From: a virus
Taxonomy: Duplodnaviria; Heunggongvirae; Uroviricota; Caudoviricetes
Direction: 5' to 3' (one strand)
Length of the DNA: 64,000 nt
Virus record (IMG/VR): IMGVR_UViG_3300033077_000655
Position numbers and translations under genes: made by a program. Shown here piece after piece: positions 31,611 to 41,747 of the stretch (its first letter is position 1; every line of letters begins with the position of its first letter). Under the pieces are notes generated by a model that was not told where the DNA came from, ran no database searches, and saw only the letters and a program-made list of their open reading frames with translations.

Positions 31611-32405
31611 ATGAAACGTATTTTGACTCTCTCTATTTTGGCTGCTGCTGTGTTGGCTGCAGGCTGTACTCGTATTGAAACTGGTGAAGTTGGTGTACGA
31701 GTTGGATTTGATAAACAAGTCCAATCAGGTGAACTGCTTCCCGGTTCTTTTAATCAATCACTAATTGGCGAGGTACTGACGTTCCCAATTAAAGATGTTA
31801 ATGTTCAGTTAAGTGATATGACCCCGGTTGCCAAAGACAACTCGACCATGAAGGACTTTGATGCTGTGGTTGTTTATAATATCAACCCACAACAAGTGTC
31901 TGAGCTGTACTCCACTAAGAACAAGAGTTTCCATGCCGAGTTCAAAGGCGACACATACGTGATGTACAACTACATTGTTCAAAATGCTCGTAATGCTATC
32001 TACAAAGCTGCTCGTAAGCACGAGGCTCTGGATATGGCAGACGCTCGTAGCGACATGGAAAACTTCATCAAGGAAGAAATTGTTCGCAATCTTGCCGAGG
32101 AAAAGCTGGACGGCAGCATCACTATTAGTCAAGTGTTGATTCGTAATATTGTTCCTGCAGATTCAGTTGTGGCCAGTGCCAATGAATTGGTCAAATCCAA
32201 GAACGAACTAAAGCAGAAGGAAATTGAAGTCAAAACTGCTGAAGCTGAAAGCCGTCGTATGGCAGCCCTGGCCAACAACAGCGGCAGCTCAATTGCATTT
32301 ATGCAAGCTCAGGCCATGTTGAATATCTCGGAAGGTATTAAGACAGGCAAGGTTCAGACCATTGTTGTTCCAAGTAACTTCAACGCACTAATGATGTCTA
32401 AGTAA
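31611..32405 (+). CDS. SPFH/band-7 domain lipoprotein
   Basis: Lipobox signal MKRILTLSILAAAVLAAGC; central prohibitin/stomatin-like region; coiled-coil C-terminus. Confidence 0.55.
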   Translation: MKRILTLSILAAAVLAAGCTRIETGEVGVRVGFDKQVQSGELLPGSFNQSLIGEVLTFPIKDVNVQLSDMTPVAKDNSTMKDFDAVVVYNINPQQVSELYSTKNKSFHAEFKGDTYVMYNYIVQNARNAIYKAARKHEALDMADARSDMENFIKEEIVRNLAEEKLDGSITISQVLIRNIVPADSVVASANELVKSKNELKQKEIEVKTAEAESRRMAALANNSGSSIAFMQAQAMLNISEGIKTGKVQTIVVPSNFNALMMSK

Positions 32406-32423
32406 TTACAATAGGAGTCGGAT

Positions 32424-32696
32424 ATGTTTGGATGGCGTAAACGGCAAATTGCCGACCGTGTTGATCGAGACAGCAATAATGCTGCACCATTGCCAGTTGA
32501 TGAAATCCCGGCAGTATCGACTCCTGTTGTTGAGAACAAAGATGCTTTGTACACGGTTGGAGTGAATGAAGTAGGTAACACACAGTTAGTGTTAAAGATC
32601 AATTACGGCACAACTACATTGACTATGGACCCGGGCTCGGTACGTCGATTGATTCGACAGCTGGAAGCTACGTTGGAAAAAGAAGAACAGCGGTAA
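32424..32696 (+). CDS. hypothetical protein
   Basis: ORF with the RBS aggagt. Confidence 0.35.
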   Translation: MFGWRKRQIADRVDRDSNNAAPLPVDEIPAVSTPVVENKDALYTVGVNEVGNTQLVLKINYGTTTLTMDPGSVRRLIRQLEATLEKEEQR

Positions 32697-32919
32697 CTGA
32701 TAAGTAAAAGTATGAAAGTTGACAGCGTCCACACACACAATAACGAAGTTTACAGGCTTCAAGAGATTCGCCGTGTGGATCGCCGTCACCTTGAACGTGT
32801 ACAGGATGAGGCCCGGATCAAACATCAACATGAAATTGACGAGGCTAAACATATAGAAATGAACAGGCGCATGAATCGCAATGGCCAAAACGTAGATCGT
32901 TTGGCGTAACAAATAACCA

Positions 32920-32994
32920 GGGACCTTAGCTCATGTTGGTTAGAGCAGCAGACTCATAATCTGTTGGTGCTGTGTTCGACTCACAGAGGTCCCA
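32920..32994 (+). tRNA. tRNA-Met (anticodon CAT)
   Basis: Perfect acceptor GGGACCT/AGGTCCC; D arm GCTC...GAGC; anticodon loop CTCATAA; T arm CTGTG-TTCGACT-CACAG; CCA encoded. Confidence 0.8.
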
Positions 32995-33216
32995 CCATTT
33001 TTCACAAGGATACATTATGAAAGTACAATTTGCACCTGGAGCATTTGATGATTTTGATGGCACTCAGGAAGAACTGGATGCCTTGATAGCAGAACTTGAA
33101 GAAATGTTCAAATCCATGACTTCCGAAGAACTTGCTGCACAAAGCACGGAAGTTGATTTTGCGGATCTTCCAGATCGTGTGCAAGCCGATCTCCAGGATG
33201 AACCACGTACTTTGCA

Positions 33217-33582
33217 ATGAGAGACGATCCGGACAATAATCTTGAAGAAGATATTGTTGCATGTGAATGGATGGTGAAGAAAGTAATTGACAGCGACACA
33301 TACGCCCAGAACCTCTATGCGTCCATGTGCAATAATACATTCCAAAAAAACGATGTTTGGCCCAGACTTGCAGATCTAACATGGTCATGCAGTTGGCGCT
33401 ATGCTGGTGGGATCATCGCCAATATACGCAAGCAAGGTGACTACATGGACTGGTACTGTAGCGGTATTGGTGGCGCTGTAGGCGCTTATGTGAACGAGAG
33501 TGTGGTCACAGATGAAATCCGTCAAGATTTGTTTTCTATCGGGTGGACAGTAGAACCCTATGATGAGGATATAGAATTTTAG
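33217..33582 (+). CDS. hypothetical protein
   Basis: ORF. Confidence 0.35.
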   Translation: MRDDPDNNLEEDIVACEWMVKKVIDSDTYAQNLYASMCNNTFQKNDVWPRLADLTWSCSWRYAGGIIANIRKQGDYMDWYCSGIGGAVGAYVNESVVTDEIRQDLFSIGWTVEPYDEDIEF

Positions 33583-33617
33583 AAGAATACCAAGAGCTGG
33601 CTGTGTAAGGCGTAAAT

Positions 33618-34289
33618 ATGGGTACGATGCCCATATCATCAAAACCTTTAATTGCCTTGTTCTCTCACCATCCAGAATGCAGCAATCAAAGCTGTAATGG
33701 GGTGGAGCAGAGCCTGGGCAGTCACTATCGTGTACAGAGATTCAACGAAAAAACCCTAAATTCAGACTTGTTGGCACAATCAGCAATGGTTGTGTTTCCG
33801 GGTGGGATTGGTGAGGCTGATCGCTACTACGATTTCTTCCTGCGCAAACGAGCCAACATGATAGCTGATTTTGTAGAATCGGGCGGCAGGTACTTGGGTA
33901 TTTGCATGGGAGCATACTGGGCCGGACATTGGTTTTTTGATATTCTGCAGGACGTAAAGTGCGAACAATACATCAAACGCCCAGGTGCCGATGTACGTAG
34001 AAGTTATGGCACTGTTACTCCAATCAACTGGCAAGGACAACAGCATAACATGTTCTTTTGGGACGGATGTGCCTTGATTGGTGATGAGACCAAATTTACC
34101 ACTGTGGGTCGCTATGCAAATGGTGACCCAATGGCCATAATCCAAAACAGAGTCGGAGTGATTGGTTGCCACTTGGAAAGTACCCGATTATGGTATCAAA
34201 AACCTTGGCAATATCTAGCACCACACTGGCATCACGGGCTGCATCATCAACTGTTGTTGCAATTTACCCACACACTGATGTCAACATAG
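33618..34289 (+). CDS. class-I glutamine amidotransferase-like fold protein (weak)
   Basis: VFPGGIGEAD...LGICMGAYWAG resembles the GATase1 nucleophile-elbow context. Confidence 0.3.
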   Translation: MGTMPISSKPLIALFSHHPECSNQSCNGVEQSLGSHYRVQRFNEKTLNSDLLAQSAMVVFPGGIGEADRYYDFFLRKRANMIADFVESGGRYLGICMGAYWAGHWFFDILQDVKCEQYIKRPGADVRRSYGTVTPINWQGQQHNMFFWDGCALIGDETKFTTVGRYANGDPMAIIQNRVGVIGCHLESTRLWYQKPWQYLAPHWHHGLHHQLLLQFTHTLMST

Positions 34290-34290
34290 C

Positions 34291-34319
34291 TTGACTATAA
34301 TAGTCCTATGCTATATAAT
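34291..34319 (+). promoter_or_regulatory. promoter TTGACT-N17-TATAAT
   Basis: TTGACT at 34291-34296 and TATAAT at 34314-34319, upstream of the 34308 ORF. Confidence 0.45.
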
Positions 34320-34554
34320 AGGGATATGTTTAAAATCTACTATACAGATCCGGTAACCAATTGGTCACACGCACGTGATGCTGACACATTGAACGAAGCA
34401 TTGAAGTATACCGAGGCCTTTCGCAAGTTAGGTATGATCTTTGTCACCGTGGTATCAGAAGATCCTAATCACGTGGGCAAGCCAGGTGTGGATGCAGTGG
34501 TAGATGGCCGGACTCCTGATGGAGTAGCATACACCTGGAACAAGGCCAGTCGTA

Positions 34555-35124
34555 TTGGCCAAACAAAACGGAAATAATATGAAAACTTGGGTAACATCAG
34601 ACTTACACTTTGGGCACAAAAATATCATGAGTTTTTGTCCTAACACCCGTGCGCGGTTTCGCAACGACGTTGCATACATGAACGAACAAATGGTGATCGA
34701 ATGGAATGCCATGATTGCTCCTGAAGATACTGTTTACATCCTAGGCGATGTGGCATTCTTGCCAGCGGCCAAAGCAGCAGAATACATGATGCGTTGCAAT
34801 GGCAACAAGATCCTGATTGAAGGCAATCACGATCGCAAGACCTTGCAGGATAATGGATTCCGTGCATGTTTTCGAGAAGTCCACAAGTATCTGGATGTGC
34901 AGTTCAACGAAATCAAAGTTGTGATGTTTCACTATCCTATTGCAGAATGGGATCAAATGCATCGCGGTGCTGTTCACTTGCACGGTCATTTGCACGGTGG
35001 TGTAAGTGGATTGGAGCGATATCGCGCTGTGGATGTGGGTATGGATTCCACTGGTGCAATTGCCATCTCCATGGACGAAGCAATTCGACTTGGCCTAAAG
35101 GGTGCAATCAAAGGACATCATTAA
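34555..35124 (+). CDS. calcineurin-like metallophosphoesterase
   Basis: DLHFGH, ILGDVAF and GNHD motifs. Confidence 0.7.
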   Translation: MAKQNGNNMKTWVTSDLHFGHKNIMSFCPNTRARFRNDVAYMNEQMVIEWNAMIAPEDTVYILGDVAFLPAAKAAEYMMRCNGNKILIEGNHDRKTLQDNGFRACFREVHKYLDVQFNEIKVVMFHYPIAEWDQMHRGAVHLHGHLHGGVSGLERYRAVDVGMDSTGAIAISMDEAIRLGLKGAIKGHH

Positions 35125-35971
35125 CATGATCACTGATATCATCGGCCGTGAAATTCAAGTGGATAACTTGACCGTATCAGCCTTGTCTTTTTATCAGACA
35201 CAATATGCTAATATAAAAACAGTGCGAGATTATTTTTCTTGGATGGACAACTATGAAAATCTCATAGACATTCTAGGTCCCGATGTATATAAAATTTCTA
35301 AGTTAGCAACCAGCATCACCATTAGAGAATACAAAATAGAGCATGTTGCCACAGTCACATCCCCAACTCTAATAGATCTAGCTAATAAAATCTCCAAAGA
35401 CAACAAGCATATTACTGCTTCAAATAGTTCTTTTGATACCAACTATCTAGGTGGTGAGCATGCTATGCAAAAAGCCGCAGGATTCAATTCGATAACACAC
35501 AGTATAATCAATCCTGTAGCGTATCCTGAATTATTAACCATAGCACAAGCATTTGATCTAGAGCATTGTGCCGTAGCAATACAATATCAACCAACTGCTT
35601 GTATTTTTCCAGCACATGTGGATACTATGTTGACCATGTGGCGGAACATAGCTGCTAGCGATCCTACAGTATTAGATTTGCCATTTGATGTGTCCACAAA
35701 GTCAATAAAAGGAATGACATCTATTAGGTTGTTGTTGGCACTGACTGATTATGTACCCGGGCATGTGTTAGGAGTAGATGATCAATATTGGACCAATTGG
35801 AAAATTGGAGATGCAGTGGTATTTGATAATTGTAATCGAATGCACTACACAGCAAATACTGCATGGGTTCCTAGGGTGTTTTTAAGAATCAGTGGCATGA
35901 TCAATAACTCATCAGACCATTGGATCATCAATAACATCAACCAACACTTGGTCAAGCAGATACAATTATAA
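35102..35971 (+). CDS. hypothetical protein, possible 2OG-Fe(II) oxygenase-like
   Basis: PAHVDT (HxD) and a later His. Weak. Confidence 0.3.
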   Translation: MQSKDIINMITDIIGREIQVDNLTVSALSFYQTQYANIKTVRDYFSWMDNYENLIDILGPDVYKISKLATSITIREYKIEHVATVTSPTLIDLANKISKDNKHITASNSSFDTNYLGGEHAMQKAAGFNSITHSIINPVAYPELLTIAQAFDLEHCAVAIQYQPTACIFPAHVDTMLTMWRNIAASDPTVLDLPFDVSTKSIKGMTSIRLLLALTDYVPGHVLGVDDQYWTNWKIGDAVVFDNCNRMHYTANTAWVPRVFLRISGMINNSSDHWIINNINQHLVKQIQL

Positions 35972-35977
35972 ATTGTC

Positions 35978-37282
35978 ATGGAATTTTTTATAATATTTCT
36001 TGCAATTCCAATAGGACTCTTGGTAGGAATGTTGCCAGCAATAGGAGACAGCGTGATGATGATCATGCTATATCCATTTGTAGCACATTTAGAATTCAAC
36101 ACTTTGATTGCATTTTATGCTACTATGATCACGTGTGGGCAGTTTAGCTCAAGTGTAGTTGGGCTGTGGCTTGGCCTTGCTGGTGATGTCACAGCCATTC
36201 CAGTTCTTAAAGAACGACGAGAAATCATCAACTCCAACTTGTTATGGACTGCATTGTATAGGACCGGGCAGGCTAGTGCTATTGCCACGTTAGCATCTGT
36301 AGCAATGCTGAGCTTGTTAATTCAGTTTGGTACTGAATTTCGATATTTTCTTCGCACAGATGTATTTTTTGTCATTATAGTTATGGTAGCAGTTTCTGCA
36401 CTGGCTTGGTCTGGAAATAAATTCAAAACAAATTTACTATTGTGCTTGATTGGTCTAGTAGGTAGCTTGATTGGATACAATCAGTTTTTAGGTAAATCTA
36501 TCCTGACCATGGGGGTAGAATTTTTGGTCAATGGCTTGCCTTTCCTTCCTATACTGTTAGGCATGTATGCCATCCCTATGTTGTTTGCTGCCATGGCAGA
36601 TATGTCCAATGCAAGTCCAGTGGATCACACCAAAATTGATACTAGTCAACCTATACAATTAGTACCTGCAGCAGTGATGGCCCGAGGTACTATCATTGGA
36701 TTTTTAACAGGGCTATTGCCGTTGATTGGAGTAACAGTAAGTGCTGCTACTGCACATTTTGTTGAATCCAAAATCAAATCTAGCACAGCACTGACAAGAA
36801 TAAGTTCAGCAGAAGCAGCTGACAATGCGGCTGTGATATCTGTGCTGTTTCCATTATTGGTATTTGGTGTGGCAATACAACCAAGTGAGGCCATAGTGGT
36901 CAATTTGCTGACTGATCGCGGATGGTCAATTAACCAACTCAAAGCAGACACTTATTTGAAAATGGGCGTGGGTATATCAGTTGGAGTGGTGGCATGTCTT
37001 GCATTTTGTGTGCATTATATTGTTCAGATGATCAACTGGTTTACCAGATATTACCAATATGTATTTTATTTTATTTTTGCATTGATAGCATGTGATGTTT
37101 GGTATTTGGGCATGGACTCAGACCGATCAGTCTTTTACATGATTGTTTTTGCAATTTCCACGGTGGTGGGATATTTTTTGTACAAGAAAAAAATTGATCC
37201 AGTTCCAATGATTTTTGTATGGATGCTGGGTCCGTATTTTTGGCCGACTGCATATAGACTTTTACAGCTATATGTTTTATAA
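35978..37282 (+). CDS. polytopic membrane protein, TctA-family-like transporter subunit
   Basis: At least 10 hydrophobic segments; N-terminal GLLVGMLPAIGDS resembles the TctA GxLPGxG signature. Confidence 0.5.
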   Translation: MEFFIIFLAIPIGLLVGMLPAIGDSVMMIMLYPFVAHLEFNTLIAFYATMITCGQFSSSVVGLWLGLAGDVTAIPVLKERREIINSNLLWTALYRTGQASAIATLASVAMLSLLIQFGTEFRYFLRTDVFFVIIVMVAVSALAWSGNKFKTNLLLCLIGLVGSLIGYNQFLGKSILTMGVEFLVNGLPFLPILLGMYAIPMLFAAMADMSNASPVDHTKIDTSQPIQLVPAAVMARGTIIGFLTGLLPLIGVTVSAATAHFVESKIKSSTALTRISSAEAADNAAVISVLFPLLVFGVAIQPSEAIVVNLLTDRGWSINQLKADTYLKMGVGISVGVVACLAFCVHYIVQMINWFTRYYQYVFYFIFALIACDVWYLGMDSDRSVFYMIVFAISTVVGYFLYKKKIDPVPMIFVWMLGPYFWPTAYRLLQLYVL

Positions 37283-37302
37283 TTAACTAGAAAGGATACT
37301 CT

Positions 37303-38166
37303 ATGATTAAAAAACTATTAACCGTCGTGACTGCAATGGTTATCGCTGCCGGTGCGTCCGCAGCTGACAAAACATTTACATTTTTAATTCCTTGGGGTGG
37401 CGGTTCAAATGATCAAAATATTGCCGAACTACTAACCCCCGGCCTTAAACAACTGGGATGGGATACATCGATTGTTTTGTACAATGGCAATTGTGCAGCT
37501 ATGGCACAGGATCTTAAAAATACCAAAAAACCAACAATAGCAGTGTGGTCTAATAGAGACCATTTGTTGCCTCTTGATCACGAATGCTATCTTGTGCCAC
37601 CTACTGCACAAAATATGATATCAATTTGGTATTATGCACCCGATTATCTTTGTGCTGTTGGTAAGACTGCACCTGATGCTATTTTTACCACGCCCGGTAC
37701 ATATCGTATTAGTGTACAGTCATTCCCGAGCACTTTGAATTGGGTCACTGATGCTATCAAATCTGTCAGCCCCGGCACAGTCAAAACTGTAATCTACAGC
37801 GGTAGTGGAGCGCAGATCCGTGCCGCTGCTGCACAAGAAACTGAGTATGTGTTAGGAACGTCAGGCAAGGTCATTGAACGCAATGGTCAAGCTGTATGTA
37901 CTCACAATACCGGCCCGACTGAGTCACTGGGCACACGCCCACTGGGAGAGATCAACCAAAGTGTAATGAATTATTACATGATGGTTTATGCTTCTTCCAA
38001 AAATATTCCTGCTAATCTTCAAACTGAACTACGTTCTGATATGGCTCGTTTGTTGCAAACCCAACTGCTACAAGATTATTTTAAGACCAGACAGTTTATA
38101 ACAAAAATGTCTACAGCATCAACCGACGAACAAGTTAACTTTTTGGTGAAATCAATTAAAAAATAA
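37303..38166 (+). CDS. periplasmic solute-binding protein, TctC/Bug-family-like
   Basis: Signal peptide MIKKLLTVVTAMVIAAGASA; FLIPWGGGSNDQNIAELLTPGLKQLG resembles the TctC PxxGGxxD...LG motif. Confidence 0.5.
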   Translation: MIKKLLTVVTAMVIAAGASAADKTFTFLIPWGGGSNDQNIAELLTPGLKQLGWDTSIVLYNGNCAAMAQDLKNTKKPTIAVWSNRDHLLPLDHECYLVPPTAQNMISIWYYAPDYLCAVGKTAPDAIFTTPGTYRISVQSFPSTLNWVTDAIKSVSPGTVKTVIYSGSGAQIRAAAAQETEYVLGTSGKVIERNGQAVCTHNTGPTESLGTRPLGEINQSVMNYYMMVYASSKNIPANLQTELRSDMARLLQTQLLQDYFKTRQFITKMSTASTDEQVNFLVKSIKK

Positions 38167-39218
38167 TGCACTACGTCAATGATACAAAAATTGTATATTC
38201 TCAATGGGATATCAACTACACTACTGATTATAAGTTTGTGTTAGGCAACGGGTTTGACAATTACAAATTCTCAATCAATCGGGCTATTAGTTTTGAACAT
38301 GCAGTTAGAGATCATCTGATTCAACTGAGAGATCAACATTCGTATTTGCGTTTTTGGTTTTCGGGTGGACCAGACTCGCGTATAGTTCTTGATACTGCCT
38401 ACAAATACAATATTGCGTTTGACGAAATTGTAATGATTCGATATACCCCGACTGATCCACTGGTTGTGTTTTGTAATTTGGCCGAAGTTGATCGATGTGC
38501 TATTCCAATTGCACACAACTACAAAGAAAAATTTGTGTCAACTAAGTTAACAGTAATCAATTGCGACAACAATTATTTTAATTGGTTTTACACTGCCCCT
38601 GAGTGGCACAAGAAGTTCATGCATTTTTGCTATGTAGAGCCGGGTATGATGAAAGGCATCTATGAATACAATCGATGTTATCCCATACTGGATGATGTAA
38701 ATCCGTTTGATTTATTTGGATTTCAACAGCCTACCATATGGTTTGACACAGATCAACAATGTTGGAAATTTTTATACATTGATAGAACATTTAATCAAAT
38801 CATGGATACTCCAGAATCAATTTGCACTGGTTCAGGATCTGCTGTTCTAAATGCATATCTGTCAGAACTTATACCAAAGTTTGAGTCACTGGGATACTTT
38901 CCAAAAAAATTCAAAGAGACTATCACTGGTAGAGAACAAAAAAATATGTTGTCTTTGTTTCAAAATTTAACATATCCTGCCGGGGCAATTCTTATGCCCA
39001 AGAAATCCCATCAACTACAAAAAACATATCCCACTGCTGATAAATTTTGGTATGCAACCGGTGATTTTTCTGACGAACTACACACATTGATATTTTATGG
39101 ACTAGATCAACGTCCAAGTTCTTTTGAAAACTGGGCGTTTAAATCCAACTGGGATGAAATTTTAATCAATCTCCGCAGAGGTGGAATTTTATCTCAAGAG
39201 TTTATATTTCAAACTTGA
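38166..39218 (+). CDS. PP-loop ATP pyrophosphatase-like protein (QueC/asparagine-synthase-like?)
   Basis: LRFWFSGGPDSRIVLD (SGGxDS PP-loop). Confidence 0.4.
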   Translation: MHYVNDTKIVYSQWDINYTTDYKFVLGNGFDNYKFSINRAISFEHAVRDHLIQLRDQHSYLRFWFSGGPDSRIVLDTAYKYNIAFDEIVMIRYTPTDPLVVFCNLAEVDRCAIPIAHNYKEKFVSTKLTVINCDNNYFNWFYTAPEWHKKFMHFCYVEPGMMKGIYEYNRCYPILDDVNPFDLFGFQQPTIWFDTDQQCWKFLYIDRTFNQIMDTPESICTGSGSAVLNAYLSELIPKFESLGYFPKKFKETITGREQKNMLSLFQNLTYPAGAILMPKKSHQLQKTYPTADKFWYATGDFSDELHTLIFYGLDQRPSSFENWAFKSNWDEILINLRRGGILSQEFIFQT

Positions 39219-39234
39219 TTGTAATGCAGCCCGG

Positions 39235-39263
39235 TTGACCAGAATTGCCCGTTCTGCTATAAT
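39235..39263 (+). promoter_or_regulatory. promoter TTGACC-N17-TATAAT (GTTGACCAGAATTGCCCGTTCTGCTATAAT family)
   Basis: TTGACC at 39235-39240 and TATAAT at 39258-39263. Confidence 0.55.
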
Positions 39264-39482
39264 ATACACATAAACAGAGATAGGAGCATATGATGACTGA
39301 AGACGACATCCGCAAAGTTTCCGCAGAACACGGGCTAACATCCAAGAGTTCAGCTGATGAAATCCGTCAAGTGTTTCCCAACCTGCCCGAACACGGTGCA
39401 TTTCCGGAGTTTCGTATCCTGCGATTGATCGACGGTATTCCTGGATTCCGGTTGGATCATTCGTTTCGTTAAGGAGTCAATT

Positions 39483-39986
39483 ATGACCATGGTAGAAAGA
39501 GCCCGAGTATTTGCCACCGCTGCCCACGCTGCGGTTGGACAAGTGCGTAAGTATACATTTGAGCCGTACATTATGCATCCTGCCGAAGTTGCAGGCATTG
39601 TTGCAACTGTGCCACATACAGATGTGATGTTGGCTGCTGCTTGGTTGCACGACACAGTGGAAGACACTGGTGTTAGCATTGTGGATATCCAAAAAGAATT
39701 TGGCAATGAGGTTGCATCCTTAGTCAGCTGGTTGACTGATGTCAGTGAGCCAGAACAAGGCAACAGGGCTGTTCGCAAAGCCATAGACCGTGAGCATACT
39801 GCAATGGCACCTGCCGCTGCACAAACTGTGAAGTTGGCTGACTTGATCGCCAACAGTCGCAGCATCTTGGCACACGACCCTGCATTTGCAAAAGTGTATT
39901 TGGAAGAAAAGCGCATGTTGTTGGAAGTATTAACCCGCGGTGACGCCACATTGATGGTTCAAGCCCGACAGATTGTAGGAGCATAA
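39483..39986 (+). CDS. HD-domain phosphohydrolase, SpoT/Mesh1-like (p)ppGpp hydrolase candidate
   Basis: RKYTFEPYIMHPAEVAGIV...AAWLHDTVEDT matches the SpoT N-terminal HD motif. Confidence 0.65.
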   Translation: MTMVERARVFATAAHAAVGQVRKYTFEPYIMHPAEVAGIVATVPHTDVMLAAAWLHDTVEDTGVSIVDIQKEFGNEVASLVSWLTDVSEPEQGNRAVRKAIDREHTAMAPAAAQTVKLADLIANSRSILAHDPAFAKVYLEEKRMLLEVLTRGDATLMVQARQIVGA

Positions 39987-40365
39987 AATGTCCGACAAAG
40001 AATTGTCTGTTCTGGAAAAAGCCCAGCGTGAGGTAGAGTTGTTGGAGTGGTCCATGAGCTCTGTCAAAATCGCTGGGCAGGCACACCAACGCATGTACCA
40101 CACTGCTCACATTCCGCTAAATTATCGATCTGCCATTGATGCACTAGAGACACAACTGTGCGGAGCACAGGCCTTGCTGAAACGAATTGAAACTTTAGTA
40201 CGCTAACATGAAACCTGAAAAGTTTGCTGAGTTGTTAGACGAGATTGAAGAATTCATTGGTGAACACAATCTCAGCAATCCACACTATTTATTTGATGAA
40301 GAAATTATCAAATATTTCTCACATTACAAAAAGAAGCATGTTAAACGAGCATTAGAGGAATTAAG

Positions 40366-41256
40366 ATGAACAAAGAACTATTGAAAGAGTTTGTGCTAGC
40401 CAACCCACGGTTGGTTAGTATGAAGCCTGCTGGCGATGGTATCTTTGTGCTCAAGTACAAGAAGGCTGTGTTCTACGACAACTTGTGGAATGACTTTTTG
40501 GAAGAATGTCGCGGTACAATTGTTGACATTGACTTTAATGTGGTGTCACGTCCATTCACAAAGATCTACAACTACGGTGTAGAAGCCAAGGCTCCTGTGC
40601 TGAGTGAAGATACTGTGGTAGAATGCTTTCGTAAGGTCAATGGCTTTATGGTTGCAGTGACTTGGCACGACGGTCGACTGCTGGTATCCACAACTGGATC
40701 CACATCTGGTGACTTTGTAGACATGGCCAACTCCTTCATTGACCGGCGTCGCGGCACCTTTGAACGGTATGTGAGTGGCTTCCCTGACTTGACTTTTATG
40801 TTTGAATGTGTGCATGCAAATGATCCACACATCATTGTAGAAAAGCCAGGACTGTACTTGCTGGGCTATCGTAAAAAGACTTGGGAAAGCCGTAGCGAAA
40901 ACGATGGACTCAGCCTGTATCACCAATATGCATTGTCAGACCACGTGGTAGAATGGAAGCGTTGTACTCTGGGCGAACTAGTACAGGAAGTGAAAACTGT
41001 TCGGCATGAAGGTTTTGTAGTATATGCTAACGACTATACTACATCCTTCAAGATCAAAAGCCCATACTACCTAACTGCAAAGTGGGTGGCACGTAACCCT
41101 CGCACCGACAAACTGATGACACAAGAATTCCGAGAACAATTGGATGAAGAGTATTACCCGCTGCTGGAGCACATCCGTGCTAACATAGAGGCTTATACTG
41201 TTATGGATGAACAAGCACGCCTGGCCTGGGTGCGTGAATATTTGGAGATGGTATGA
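40366..41256 (+). CDS. rnlA: RNA ligase 1 (T4 RnlA-like)
   Basis: LEECRGTIV...SRPFTKIYN aligns with T4 RnlA ALECRGIMF...SRPMEKFFN; KVNGFM matches motif I KxDG; EGFVVY matches motif IV. Confidence 0.7.
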   Translation: MNKELLKEFVLANPRLVSMKPAGDGIFVLKYKKAVFYDNLWNDFLEECRGTIVDIDFNVVSRPFTKIYNYGVEAKAPVLSEDTVVECFRKVNGFMVAVTWHDGRLLVSTTGSTSGDFVDMANSFIDRRRGTFERYVSGFPDLTFMFECVHANDPHIIVEKPGLYLLGYRKKTWESRSENDGLSLYHQYALSDHVVEWKRCTLGELVQEVKTVRHEGFVVYANDYTTSFKIKSPYYLTAKWVARNPRTDKLMTQEFREQLDEEYYPLLEHIRANIEAYTVMDEQARLAWVREYLEMV

Positions 41257-41468
41257 ACGAAGAATTTGACCGATTTGAAGAACACATGGCCAAGGACGAA
41301 AGTCACTTGCCCGTGAGTGAACAAAGTTTGATCTTTCGTTTGCGCAAGCGAGCAGAGATCCGTCGGCAGATCACTTCACGTAAAAGTGTGCAAGAAGGTG
41401 CGCCTGACCGTATTGCTGACCTCTTGGAAGAAGCTGCTGCTGCACTAGAAGCAGCCGAATCAAGATAA
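41253..41468 (+). CDS. hypothetical small protein
   Basis: ORF with overlapping start. Confidence 0.3.
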   Translation: MNEEFDRFEEHMAKDESHLPVSEQSLIFRLRKRAEIRRQITSRKSVQEGAPDRIADLLEEAAAALEAAESR

Positions 41469-41712
41469 AAATATCTTTAACTTTTTTGCCAAAATACTGT
41501 AAAAAAATCAATCTTAGAGGTTGACAAGGTATAAATAAACATATACAATACATGCTATGAGACACTCGATACATCATTTAACACTCAAATCACTGACACC
41601 AAGTCAGGGCACCTGCCCCGCCTTGTGGTTTGCGATTGAGATGAATTATGATCGCGGGGCCTGGGTCCAAGGAGACCGAGTATAACAAAATAGCATACTC
41701 AACTTCCAAGGA

Positions 41713-41747
41713 CCCTAGGACTAAAAACCCTGGGGTTTTTTGTTTTG
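41713..41747 (+). terminator. intrinsic terminator
   Basis: CCCTAGG-actaaaaac-CCTGGGG stem followed by TTTTTTGTTTTG. Confidence 0.6.
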
